The notes below the pieces were generated by a model that was given only the letters and a program-made list of their open reading frames with translations, made no database searches and was not told where the DNA came from. The position numbers and the translations under genes were made by a program. Source: Candidatus Lambdaproteobacteria bacterium RIFOXYD2_FULL_56_26 (GTDB lineage: Bacteria; SAR324; XYD2-FULL-50-16). Taken from it: 64,000 nt of DNA. Of this stretch, positions 10,179-18,268 are shown one piece after another. Numbering within the stretch: the stretch's first letter is position 1; each line of letters opens with the position of its first letter. The stretch spans positions 2,849-66,848 of the forward strand of contig MFNF01000055.1 in the NCBI GenBank assembly GCA_001783715.1, read 5' to 3'.

Positions 10179-11213
10179 ATGGCCCCTGAACCTTCCGCCG
10201 TTGGCAGGCCCACCAAGGTCTCGATCCTGATTCCTTTCCAAAAGGAAAACGATTACTTGGCCGAGTCCCTGGCAGCAATAACAAAACTTACCTACCCGGC
10301 GGTGGAGGTGGTTCTGGCCCCGGACGTGGCTTTGTCCCCGGAGTTTTGGCAGGCTCATTTGGCGGACCTGAAGGTGCCGGTTTTGGAGCTGGTCACCGGG
10401 CCGGTGAGCCCTTCGATCAAACGAGACTCCAGCGCCGAACAGGCGACCGGGGAGATTTTGGCTTTTTTGGACGATGATGCCTACCCTGAGCCCGATTGGC
10501 TGGACCGGCTGGTTCCGCACTTTGCAGACCCCCGGGTATGCGCAGTCGGCGGCCCCCAGATCACGCCCCCTTCCGATGGATTTTGGGGACAGGTTTCAGG
10601 GGCCACCTTTTTGTCTCCGCTCAATGGAGCGGCTGCAAGGAGGTACCATCGGTTTGAACAGGTGTTCCAGGTGGACGACTGGCCGTCAGTCAATCTCCTG
10701 GTTCGTAAAGCCGACTTTTTGGCGGTCGGCGGATTTGACAGCGCCTTTTGGCCGGGGGAGGACACCAAACTTTGTGCCGATCTGGTGGCCACCGGCAAGA
10801 CGATCCTTTGTGATGGGCAGGCCCCGGTCTTTCACCACCGTAGGGCCGGGTTTTACCGGCACATGCGGCAAGTGGGCAACTATGGGGAGCACCGAGGGTA
10901 TTTTGCCAAGGTTTACCCCAGCACCTCCCGTAAGCCTGCTTACTTTGCGCCCAGCGCCTTTTTGTTGTTTGTACTCTTCGGCTGGCTGGCCCTGTTCCTG
11001 CCCAGCCCCTGGCCGCAGCTGTTCGGCTTGGGTTGGGCTCTGTATGCCGGTGCCCTGGGGGTCCATGTTTTTGGGGTTTGGCAAAAATCCCGCAACCTGT
11101 TAGTCTCGGTCTCTACTTTACCCTTCATGGTGGGGGTCCATCTGGTTTACGGCTTTCGGTTCCTCAAGGGGCTTTTGGCCGGAAAGGACTTTGCCAGTAA
11201 ACTTGGAAGATAG
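10179..11213 (+). CDS. Family 2 glycosyltransferase with C-terminal TM helices
   Basis: VSILIPFQKENDYLAESLAAI...VVLAPD, the DxD-type LAFLDDDAYPEPDWL, and hydrophobic C-terminal helices. Start chosen at ATG 10179; the ORF is open from 10092. Confidence 0.8.
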   Translation: MAPEPSAVGRPTKVSILIPFQKENDYLAESLAAITKLTYPAVEVVLAPDVALSPEFWQAHLADLKVPVLELVTGPVSPSIKRDSSAEQATGEILAFLDDDAYPEPDWLDRLVPHFADPRVCAVGGPQITPPSDGFWGQVSGATFLSPLNGAAARRYHRFEQVFQVDDWPSVNLLVRKADFLAVGGFDSAFWPGEDTKLCADLVATGKTILCDGQAPVFHHRRAGFYRHMRQVGNYGEHRGYFAKVYPSTSRKPAYFAPSAFLLFVLFGWLALFLPSPWPQLFGLGWALYAGALGVHVFGVWQKSRNLLVSVSTLPFMVGVHLVYGFRFLKGLLAGKDFASKLGR

Positions 11214-11216
11214 TCT

Positions 11217-12683
11217 ATGAAAGTTTCGATCTCCTACCCTCCCCTAGAGTCCCCCAAAGGTGTGGCGCTGCTGGCCCAGAATCGCCAGTTCCAGTGGTTT
11301 AACAACCCGACCTACATCTACCCGATGGTCCCCGCTTATGCGGCAACCCTGCTGAAGTCCAAGGGGTTTGAGGTGATCTGGGACGACGGAATCTCCGAGG
11401 GGATCAGCTACGAAGCCTGGAAAGAGCGAATCTTGGCAGCCAAGCCCGATCTGGTGGCCATGGACTCCAAAACCCCGGTGATCAAACGGCATTGGGCGAT
11501 TGTCGCCGAGATGAAGGCCTTGCTGCCCCAAACCAAATTCGTCCTGATGGGCGACCACGTAACCGGTATGCCCGAAGAGACCATGGCCGCCTGTCCGGTG
11601 GACTTTGTGGTCACCGGTGGGGACTTTGATTTTCTCTTGGAGGCCCTGTGCAGCGCTTTGGCCAACCAAACCGCCCTGCCCGGCGGGGTCTGGTACCGGC
11701 AAGGAGCGGAGGTCAAAAACACCGGCCCCCACAATCTGGACTGGGACCTGGACAGCCTGCCCTTGGTGGACCGTGACCTGACCCGGTGGGATCTGTATTC
11801 GGAAAAAAACGGCAACTACAAATTTTTGCCCGGAACCTACACCATGGCCGGTCGGGACTGTTGGTGGGGGAAGTGCACCTTTTGCAGCTGGACCACTCTG
11901 TTCCCTGGCCAAAAGTTTAAGGCGGTCAGCCCCAAACGGCTTTTGGACGAGGTCGGCCAATTGATCGAAAAGTATGGGGTCAGGGAAATCTTTGACGACT
12001 CAGGTTGTTTCCCCCGTGGGGCTTGGCTCAAGGAATTTTGTGAAGGCATGGTGGAGCGGGGTTACCACAAAAAGGTGGTCATGGGATGCAACATGCGGGT
12101 CGGGGCGCTCAACCAAGAAGAATGGCACCTGCTCAAAAAGGCCAACTTCCGGTTTATCCTGATCGGTCTCGAATCGATGAACCAAGCGACCCTCAACCGC
12201 TTGGCCAAGGGGATCAAGGTTGAAGAGATCGAAGAGACCATGATTATGGCCAAAAAAGCCGGTCTGGAGCCGCACATTACCACCATGGTGGGCTACCCTT
12301 GGGAAACCAAAGCCGAGGCGACCCAGACCATCGAGTTCGCCCGAAGCATGTTTTTAAAAGGCTACATCGACTCCTTGCAGGCAACCATTGTGGTCCCCTA
12401 CCCGGGGACCCCTCTGTTTGACGAGGCCCGGAAAAACGGTTGGCTTTTGACCGAAGACTGGGACCGGTACGATATGCGTGAATCGGTCTGGCGCTCCGAA
12501 GTGGGCACCGAAGAGGTCAAGGTATTTACCCAACAACTTTACAAAGCGGCCCTCTCGCCGACCTTTATTTTGCGCAAGATTTCCAAGGTGCGCAGCCTTG
12601 ATGATCTCTCCTTTTTGGCCCGTGCCGGGATGAAGGTCTTGGGGCACTTGAAGGACTTCAGCAGCCTGAAAAAGGGTGCTTAG
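11217..12683 (+). CDS. B12-binding-domain radical SAM enzyme, copy 2 (atypical Cx4Cx2C spacing)
   Basis: N-terminal B12-binding-like region (KPDLVAMDSKTPVIKRHW...FVLMGDHVTG), Cys cluster GRDCWWGKCTFCSW, and a TIM-barrel-like remainder (ILIGLESMNQ...). GGAAGA lies 6 nt before the ATG, which is 3 nt after the GT2 stop. Confidence 0.8.
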   Translation: MKVSISYPPLESPKGVALLAQNRQFQWFNNPTYIYPMVPAYAATLLKSKGFEVIWDDGISEGISYEAWKERILAAKPDLVAMDSKTPVIKRHWAIVAEMKALLPQTKFVLMGDHVTGMPEETMAACPVDFVVTGGDFDFLLEALCSALANQTALPGGVWYRQGAEVKNTGPHNLDWDLDSLPLVDRDLTRWDLYSEKNGNYKFLPGTYTMAGRDCWWGKCTFCSWTTLFPGQKFKAVSPKRLLDEVGQLIEKYGVREIFDDSGCFPRGAWLKEFCEGMVERGYHKKVVMGCNMRVGALNQEEWHLLKKANFRFILIGLESMNQATLNRLAKGIKVEEIEETMIMAKKAGLEPHITTMVGYPWETKAEATQTIEFARSMFLKGYIDSLQATIVVPYPGTPLFDEARKNGWLLTEDWDRYDMRESVWRSEVGTEEVKVFTQQLYKAALSPTFILRKISKVRSLDDLSFLARAGMKVLGHLKDFSSLKKGA

Positions 12684-13573
12684 TGGGGGCTCTGGTCTCG
12701 GTGGTGATCACCACCAAAAACGAAGCCAAAAACATTGAGGCCTGCCTAAAAAGTCTGCAAGCCCAAACCTACCAACCCCTGGAGATCATCGTTGTGGACA
12801 ACGGCTCCACCGATGAGACCCAGGCCTTGGCTCGCCGCTACACCTCCCAGGTTTTTGACCGAGGGCCGGAGCGCTCCGCCCAAAGAAACTTTGGCCTGCT
12901 CGAACAATCCAAAGGGGAGTATGGCCTCTTCTTGGACGCAGACATGGTCTTGAGCCCCAACCTGATCGCCGAGGCGGTCAAAGAGATGGAAAAAGGCAGT
13001 TGTGTCGCTTTGCACCTGCCTGAAATCGTGTTGGGGAAAAACTATTGGAGCCAAGTCCGGCGTTTTGAACGGGGCTTTTATGACGGCACCGTGATCGATG
13101 GGGCCCGGTTTTTTAAGCGCCAAGACTTTGCCCGGATCGGGGGGTTTGACGAGTCGTTCAGCGGCCCGGAAGATTGGGACCTAGATAAAAAATTCAAACA
13201 GCTGGGCCCCATCGGGCTGCTCCAGGCTCCCGGCTCTGCATGCCCGCCCGAATTGGACCAACTGCTCAAAGATGCCGGGGTGGACCCCGGTCGCTACGGT
13301 GCCGTGGTCTTCCACAACGAAGCGGAATTTGACCTGAAACGGTACCTTTCCAAAAAAGGTTATTACATTGAGTCCTTTGACCGATACATTGCCAAATGGG
13401 GGGCCCAGGACCCGGAGGTCAGGCTCCAGTTCAGCGCCTTTTACCGCTTTTTCGGGGTATTCCTGGAGCGGGGCAAGGGCTGGAGGTTGTTGGCGCACCC
13501 GGTTTTGGCCGCCGGGATGTACGCCTTGAGGTTTCTGGTGGGGCTGAGGTTTTTATTGAGGCCCCGGTCATGA
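12683..13573 (+). CDS. Family 2 glycosyltransferase
   Basis: VSVVITTKNEAKNIEACLKSLQAQTYQPLEIIVVDNGSTDET...FLDADM. The GTG start overlaps the preceding TAG stop by 1 nt. Confidence 0.85.
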   Translation: MGALVSVVITTKNEAKNIEACLKSLQAQTYQPLEIIVVDNGSTDETQALARRYTSQVFDRGPERSAQRNFGLLEQSKGEYGLFLDADMVLSPNLIAEAVKEMEKGSCVALHLPEIVLGKNYWSQVRRFERGFYDGTVIDGARFFKRQDFARIGGFDESFSGPEDWDLDKKFKQLGPIGLLQAPGSACPPELDQLLKDAGVDPGRYGAVVFHNEAEFDLKRYLSKKGYYIESFDRYIAKWGAQDPEVRLQFSAFYRFFGVFLERGKGWRLLAHPVLAAGMYALRFLVGLRFLLRPRS

Positions 13574-14019
13574 GCGGCTACCAGCAATTTTTGTATCTTC
13601 ACATGGTCGTGCATCTTTTGGTGGCCTTGCCGCTCTTGTTTTTGGGGTGGAAAGGTTGGGGGGCCAAAGGAGTCGGTTGGGGGCTGGCGGGTACCTTCGG
13701 CATTGATTCAGATCATTTTTTTAGGCTCTTTCTGCACCCGTCCGAGTTTTGGGACCGCCTGTTGGCCTGGAATCTTTTTGATGGTGAACGAGCCCCCTTT
13801 TTGCTCTTCCATAGCTTTGAATTGGCCTTTGTGCTGATGTTGGTCGGGTGGATTTGGAAGGACAGGCTTTGGCCGTTCTTGGTGGTCGGTGCGGCTTTTT
13901 TTGTCCATCTCTCTTTGGACATGGGGACCTACGCCTTGCTGGGCCTGCATCCGGCCTTTTACACTTGGACGGGATGGGTCTTGGGGCTCTCAAAAGTGGT
14001 CTGGGGGCAAACATTTTGA
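13570..14019 (+). CDS. Small polytopic membrane protein, unknown function
   Basis: ATG 13570 overlaps the GT2 stop (ATGA). The 149-aa product has about 4 hydrophobic helices. The ORF-track start 13396 lies inside the GT2 gene and was trimmed. Confidence 0.5.
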   Translation: MSGYQQFLYLHMVVHLLVALPLLFLGWKGWGAKGVGWGLAGTFGIDSDHFFRLFLHPSEFWDRLLAWNLFDGERAPFLLFHSFELAFVLMLVGWIWKDRLWPFLVVGAAFFVHLSLDMGTYALLGLHPAFYTWTGWVLGLSKVVWGQTF

Positions 14020-14119
14020 CCCCAAAAGGCAGAAAATAACCTTTACCCCTAAAGAGGTAGAGGGCTAAGATTGCCCATCGAATACGGTTGCACAAAAACT
14101 TTGTCCTGGAAATCAGTAC

Positions 14120-15418
14120 ATGCCCAGCCTTTTGCCCAAAGGGGCGGCCCTTTGGGACCGCCTCCAGTCCAGCCCGCTGATCCTGCGCACCGGGATCCTG
14201 TTTGTGGGGACCATGGGGGGCAACGTCTTCTCCTACCTGTTCCAGCTGGTGACCGGGCGGCTGATGTCCGTTTCCGATTACGGGACCATGAACGCCCTGG
14301 TGGCGGTGATGGCCATTGGTTCGGTGCCCCTGGTGACGGTGACCAACTATCTGGCCAAAAAGGTATCCCACCACTTGGCCCTCGAAGAGCCCGCCTTGGC
14401 CAACCAACTGATCTTGACCAGCTACAAATGGGTCTTGCGGGCGGCCTTAGGGGTCGCTCTGGTGGTGGCAGTTTTCCCCCATGTCTTGGGGGACATTTTG
14501 CAACTGCCCAGCGTAGTGCCGGTTTTTTTCCTCTGTGCCGCCTTTGTGGCCAATGCGGCCATTCCAGTGAACATCGGTCTTTTGCAGGGGTTGCACCGGT
14601 TTGGGCTGCTGTCCTTTTTTTCGGTTGGCTACCCGGCGCTCAAGCTACTTTTGGCGGTTTTGGCCCTTTACCTGGGCTGGGAGCTCAACGGGGTCATGGG
14701 GGCGATTACGGTCTCCGCCTTGGTGGCGGTGGTAGCCACCTTTTTGTTGATCCGCCCGGTCTTTGCGGCCGGATTTGCGCCCACCGACCAGGAGGTCCGG
14801 CATGTGTGGGTGGAGCTGTGGCCGTTGTTCTTGGGGAATACGGCGTTTTCCCTGATCAGCCAGTTGGACATGGTTCTGGTCAAATCCCTGTTTGATCCCC
14901 ACCAAGCGGGGATCTACAGCTCGGCGGCGATTCTTTCCAAGGCCTTGATGTACCTTCCCGGCGCACTGGTGATGTCCCTGTTTCCCATGGTGGCCGCTTC
15001 CAAGGCCAAGCAGGAAAGCAGTTTCCACTTGCTGCTCAAGGCCCTGGGGCTGACCCTCCTGCTCTCGGGAAGTGGGGCGGTGGTGTTGTATTTTTTCCCG
15101 GAATGGGTGGTGGGGTTTTTGTTCGGCAACAAATTCCTGGAAGCGACCTCCTTGATCCCCACCTTTGTGGTGGCCATTCTGCCGGTGGCCTTTTTGATGG
15201 TGTTGATGACCTACAACCTCGCCTGGGGCGGCCGCTTGGCGGCCCCGATCCTGGCCTTGGGGGCGGGTGTCCAGGCCTTGGGGTTCTATCTATTCCACGA
15301 AAGTCTGGCCCAGGTGCTGTGGGTGATGTTTTTTGTCAACCTGGGGACTGCCGGTCTCTCTCTGGGCTTGGCCTACCTGACCGACCGGATCCACCGGCAA
15401 GACCAAGCTCGTAACTGA
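14120..15418 (+). CDS. MOP/Wzx-type oligosaccharide (lipid-linked glycan) flippase
   Basis: 432 aa with about 12 or more TM helices. N-terminus ILRTGILFVGTMGGNVFSYLFQLVTGRLMSVSDYGTMNAL is typical of polysaccharide biosynthesis (Wzx-like) proteins. Confidence 0.7.
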   Translation: MPSLLPKGAALWDRLQSSPLILRTGILFVGTMGGNVFSYLFQLVTGRLMSVSDYGTMNALVAVMAIGSVPLVTVTNYLAKKVSHHLALEEPALANQLILTSYKWVLRAALGVALVVAVFPHVLGDILQLPSVVPVFFLCAAFVANAAIPVNIGLLQGLHRFGLLSFFSVGYPALKLLLAVLALYLGWELNGVMGAITVSALVAVVATFLLIRPVFAAGFAPTDQEVRHVWVELWPLFLGNTAFSLISQLDMVLVKSLFDPHQAGIYSSAAILSKALMYLPGALVMSLFPMVAASKAKQESSFHLLLKALGLTLLLSGSGAVVLYFFPEWVVGFLFGNKFLEATSLIPTFVVAILPVAFLMVLMTYNLAWGGRLAAPILALGAGVQALGFYLFHESLAQVLWVMFFVNLGTAGLSLGLAYLTDRIHRQDQARN

Positions 15419-15422
15419 CAAG

Positions 15423-17669
15423 ATGAACCTACCTCCCTTGGCTGTTTTTTGGGTGTTTCTGCTGGGCTGGGGGTGGGTGGCCAACCGTGTCTGGAGGCAC
15501 CCTTGGCTGGTTTACCGGATTTGGGCCGGTTTGGCTTGGTTTGGATTGCTCCACTGCTCCTTTGTCCAAGGGCAAAAAACTCTGGGGTTTGATGCCCTCT
15601 CTTTCCCTCTGCAAGCCGCAAAGTTCCAGCAACAGATGGCCCAGTGGGGGCCTATGGGGGTGATCGACCACTGGGCCGACTGGGACCCTTTTACCGCCCT
15701 GGGCAGCAGCATCACCCAATTGGCGGCGACGGACTTTACGGTTTTGTTGTGGACCAATTGGGCGCTTGGCTCTTGGTTGAGCCCCGCCGAGGTGGTCAAC
15801 CTGATGACCCTCAATCAGGTGGTCGCCTTTTCTTTGGGTATGGGCTTGGCAGTCTGGACCTTAAAGCCCTGTGGTCGTTCGGCGCTGTTTGGGTTTTTGG
15901 TAGCGTTGCTTTCGGATCTACTGCCCCATTCGATGGTCCAGCCCTTCGCTTGGCGGCTCTATCCCTTTCCGTTTCTGTTGGTTTTTTTGCTCCGCTGGCT
16001 CCGGCGAGGCAAGCCCTCCGACCTCCTGTTGGCGGCGACTTTCGGGGGTTATGCCTTTACGATCTACCTGCCCAGCGAACCGGCCTATGGGTTGCTTTTT
16101 TTCCTGGTCCCCGGGGTCTGGTTGGGGATCAAGGGGCTCTCGTGGAAAAACCTCAAGCTGCGGCTTCGCCAGCAATGGGGTTGGGTGGCCTGGGCGGGAT
16201 TGGTGTTTGCGCTGATTGCTTCGGTAAACCTGTACCGAGCGATGGGGCTAGACCGGATGGTCCACACCAACCGTGGGGCCCGGCAGGGCATCCAAGCCCA
16301 AGTACTGGTGCCGGGGCAGCATCCTTCGGTGACCGGCCATGCAGGCAAATTGACCGACCTCAATGCCCTATGGAGCAACCAGCCTCTTTCGACCCCCAAC
16401 CATGCCTGGGCTTACCTGGGCGCTTTGGCGGTGCCTTTTGGGCTGCTCGCTTTGGGTTTTGGCTTTCGGCTGCCGGTGGTTCGGGTCATTCTGGTGGCCT
16501 TGGTGCTGTTGTTTTTGACCCTTTTGGGACGAGAAGGGCCTTGGTTCGAGGTCTTAAACCAGATTCCAGGGCTGAATTACCTACGGCATTATCTTTTTGT
16601 GTTGAACTTTTTTACCCTGTACACTCTGGTACTGGCGGCCTTGGGGTTTGGCCTTTGGCACCGGCAAAAGGGTTCCCTTTGGTTGCGGCTGCTTTGGCTG
16701 GAGTGGGCCGGGGTCACCGGTTGGTTGGCTTTGCAAGGTCCGCCGGAGACTTCATTTTGGCTCAACCCCCAGGGGCAGATGGCACTGTTGGCTTTGGTAC
16801 TGGCCTTTTGGCCCCCCAAACGGGGCTGGGGCAGAGGCGAACTGTGGGTGTTGCTGGGGTTGGCCCTGTCCTTGGGTTTGACCCAAAAAGAAAAGTTGGC
16901 TGTTTTGGCCCAACCCTTTGCCGCCGTGGCTGGACCGGTTGCCGCTTATCCCTCCACCAGGCCTTGTGTGGTCCCGGTCGGCAAGGACCTGGGCTGGGCC
17001 GCCCGAGAGGGAGTGGCTTGTGTCTCTTTCCCCCAAGCCAATTTGGTCAACTACCCGGCCCCCACTTTGAAGTTGTTGAACCTGCTTTATCCCGAACGAA
17101 ACGACCCAAGACTCTTGACCCAGGTGCGTCCGGAAATTTACGATCACAAAGAGCCGCTGTTGGGCAACGGTTTCCCGATCTTTTTTTTGGTATTTGGGGC
17201 CCAATGGATTCCTCAGAGCTGTTGGACCGAGGACCCCTGCCTGGATGCCACACTTTTGGCCATGGCCCGGCAGTACCGGGAAATGCGGGCTCAGGCCTAC
17301 TTTTTTGCAGAGGACCTGAGTCCCAAGGTGGCGGCCTCTTCGGATTTGGCCCCGGTTGCGGTTTTTCCCGATCCGCAAGCCTCTTCCACCAACAAGGTGG
17401 TGTTAAATTTTAACGCTCCCGGGCCCGGTTACCTGGTGCGCTTGGAAAGCTTTGACCCCCTTTGGTCGGCCCGGCTCAACGGGGAGGAAGTGCCCACCTA
17501 CCGGGCCAACTATGCCTTTTCCGCCCTGGAAGTCCCCAGCGGCCCGGTACAAGTGGTCTGGCGGTACCAAAACTACTTGCCTTGGTTGCAGTGGTTACAC
17601 CAGCTCCCCTTGGGGGTAGCGGTAGCCTTTTTGTGGGCCGGAGCCCTCGTGAGGAGAAAAAACCGTTGA
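15423..17669 (+). CDS. Large polytopic membrane protein, YfhO/GT-C-like, copy 2
   Basis: 748 aa with many TM helices. The C-terminal extracytoplasmic part ends LVRLESFDPLWSARLNGEEVPTYRANYAFSALEVPSGPVQVVWRYQN plus a terminal TM, parallel to the ending of 7771-9951. Confidence 0.55.
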   Translation: MNLPPLAVFWVFLLGWGWVANRVWRHPWLVYRIWAGLAWFGLLHCSFVQGQKTLGFDALSFPLQAAKFQQQMAQWGPMGVIDHWADWDPFTALGSSITQLAATDFTVLLWTNWALGSWLSPAEVVNLMTLNQVVAFSLGMGLAVWTLKPCGRSALFGFLVALLSDLLPHSMVQPFAWRLYPFPFLLVFLLRWLRRGKPSDLLLAATFGGYAFTIYLPSEPAYGLLFFLVPGVWLGIKGLSWKNLKLRLRQQWGWVAWAGLVFALIASVNLYRAMGLDRMVHTNRGARQGIQAQVLVPGQHPSVTGHAGKLTDLNALWSNQPLSTPNHAWAYLGALAVPFGLLALGFGFRLPVVRVILVALVLLFLTLLGREGPWFEVLNQIPGLNYLRHYLFVLNFFTLYTLVLAALGFGLWHRQKGSLWLRLLWLEWAGVTGWLALQGPPETSFWLNPQGQMALLALVLAFWPPKRGWGRGELWVLLGLALSLGLTQKEKLAVLAQPFAAVAGPVAAYPSTRPCVVPVGKDLGWAAREGVACVSFPQANLVNYPAPTLKLLNLLYPERNDPRLLTQVRPEIYDHKEPLLGNGFPIFFLVFGAQWIPQSCWTEDPCLDATLLAMARQYREMRAQAYFFAEDLSPKVAASSDLAPVAVFPDPQASSTNKVVLNFNAPGPGYLVRLESFDPLWSARLNGEEVPTYRANYAFSALEVPSGPVQVVWRYQNYLPWLQWLHQLPLGVAVAFLWAGALVRRKNR

Positions 17670-18265
17670 AAACGATCCAGGCAGAACGACCAAACCGCCT
17701 CCCTTTCTGGAACAGTCCAAAATTTGGCTTTCTCTTTTTGAAACAATTACTAGGCCACCCGCTCTTGTTTTTCATTGGCTGTTTTGCTTTTGTATCCCAG
17801 TTTTATTCCGTGGAACCGGGCTACTCTTTGAATACTTGGGGAATCCTTACCTTACTGGTCTTTGGAAAGGCCAGTTTTAGGCGGCAATCGGTCCTGCCGA
17901 AAAAGCTTTGGTTTCCAATCGGTGGCTTGGCGGCTTTGGATTTGGTGGTTATTTATTGGTTGTTTCCTGAAGCTTATTACCCGTTGTTTCCTGAAGCTTA
18001 TTACCCGTTGTTGCAGGTTTTTGAGTTTTTGCTTTTTTTCTTGGTCGGCCTACCCTGGCTTGGACAGCACAAAAAAGATTTGAACCCTATTGGCTTGATG
18101 CTGATATTTGGTTTTGCCAATGCAGGTTTGTCCGCATGGGTCGGACAAGCTTCGATGGTGCGATTGTTCCTGAGCTTCAGCTTTTTTGCATTTTTTGTTG
18201 GAGCCTTCGACTTGGCTTGGTGGTGCTTGCGCCCGGCACATGAATTGGACCCAAAGGAGGGATAG
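17666..18265 (+). CDS. Small polytopic membrane protein containing an in-frame 8-aa tandem duplication
   Basis: TTG 17666 overlaps the upstream TGA (TTGA). The product is hydrophobic and contains FPEAYYPL twice. The start is uncertain because the ORF is open from 17462. Confidence 0.45.
   Translation: MKTIQAERPNRLPFWNSPKFGFLFLKQLLGHPLLFFIGCFAFVSQFYSVEPGYSLNTWGILTLLVFGKASFRRQSVLPKKLWFPIGGLAALDLVVIYWLFPEAYYPLFPEAYYPLLQVFEFLLFFLVGLPWLGQHKKDLNPIGLMLIFGFANAGLSAWVGQASMVRLFLSFSFFAFFVGAFDLAWWCLRPAHELDPKEG
17961..18008 (+). repeat. Perfect 2 x 24 bp tandem direct repeat (TGTTTCCTGAAGCTTATTACCCGT)
   Basis: Read directly: copy 1 is 17961-17984 and copy 2 is 17985-18008. In frame, duplicating FPEAYYPL. 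Confidence 0.95.
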
Positions 18266-18268
18266 GTT

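Noticed and set aside
8884-10230. 448-aa plus-strand ORF antisense to the YfhO-like gene
   Set aside because: The product is low-complexity and rich in G/P/Q/R/K, with no recognisable motif. It fully overlaps a convincing polytopic membrane protein on the other strand. Long antisense ORFs are expected in GC-rich coding DNA.
10179-12683. hpnI-hpnJ (hopanoid side-chain GT2 plus B12-type radical SAM) identity
   Set aside because: Only the pairing is reminiscent. No squalene-hopene cyclase, hpnH, hpnK, hpnG or other hopanoid gene is in the window. The context is Wzx/GT/YfhO, and I cannot verify family membership without HMMs.
15644-17413. 589-aa alternative-frame ORF within the YfhO-like gene 15423-17669; also 14071-14895 within the Wzx gene
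   Set aside because: These lie on the same strand in a different frame, with Gly/Pro/Arg-rich products. The annotated frames give coherent TM-helix proteins.
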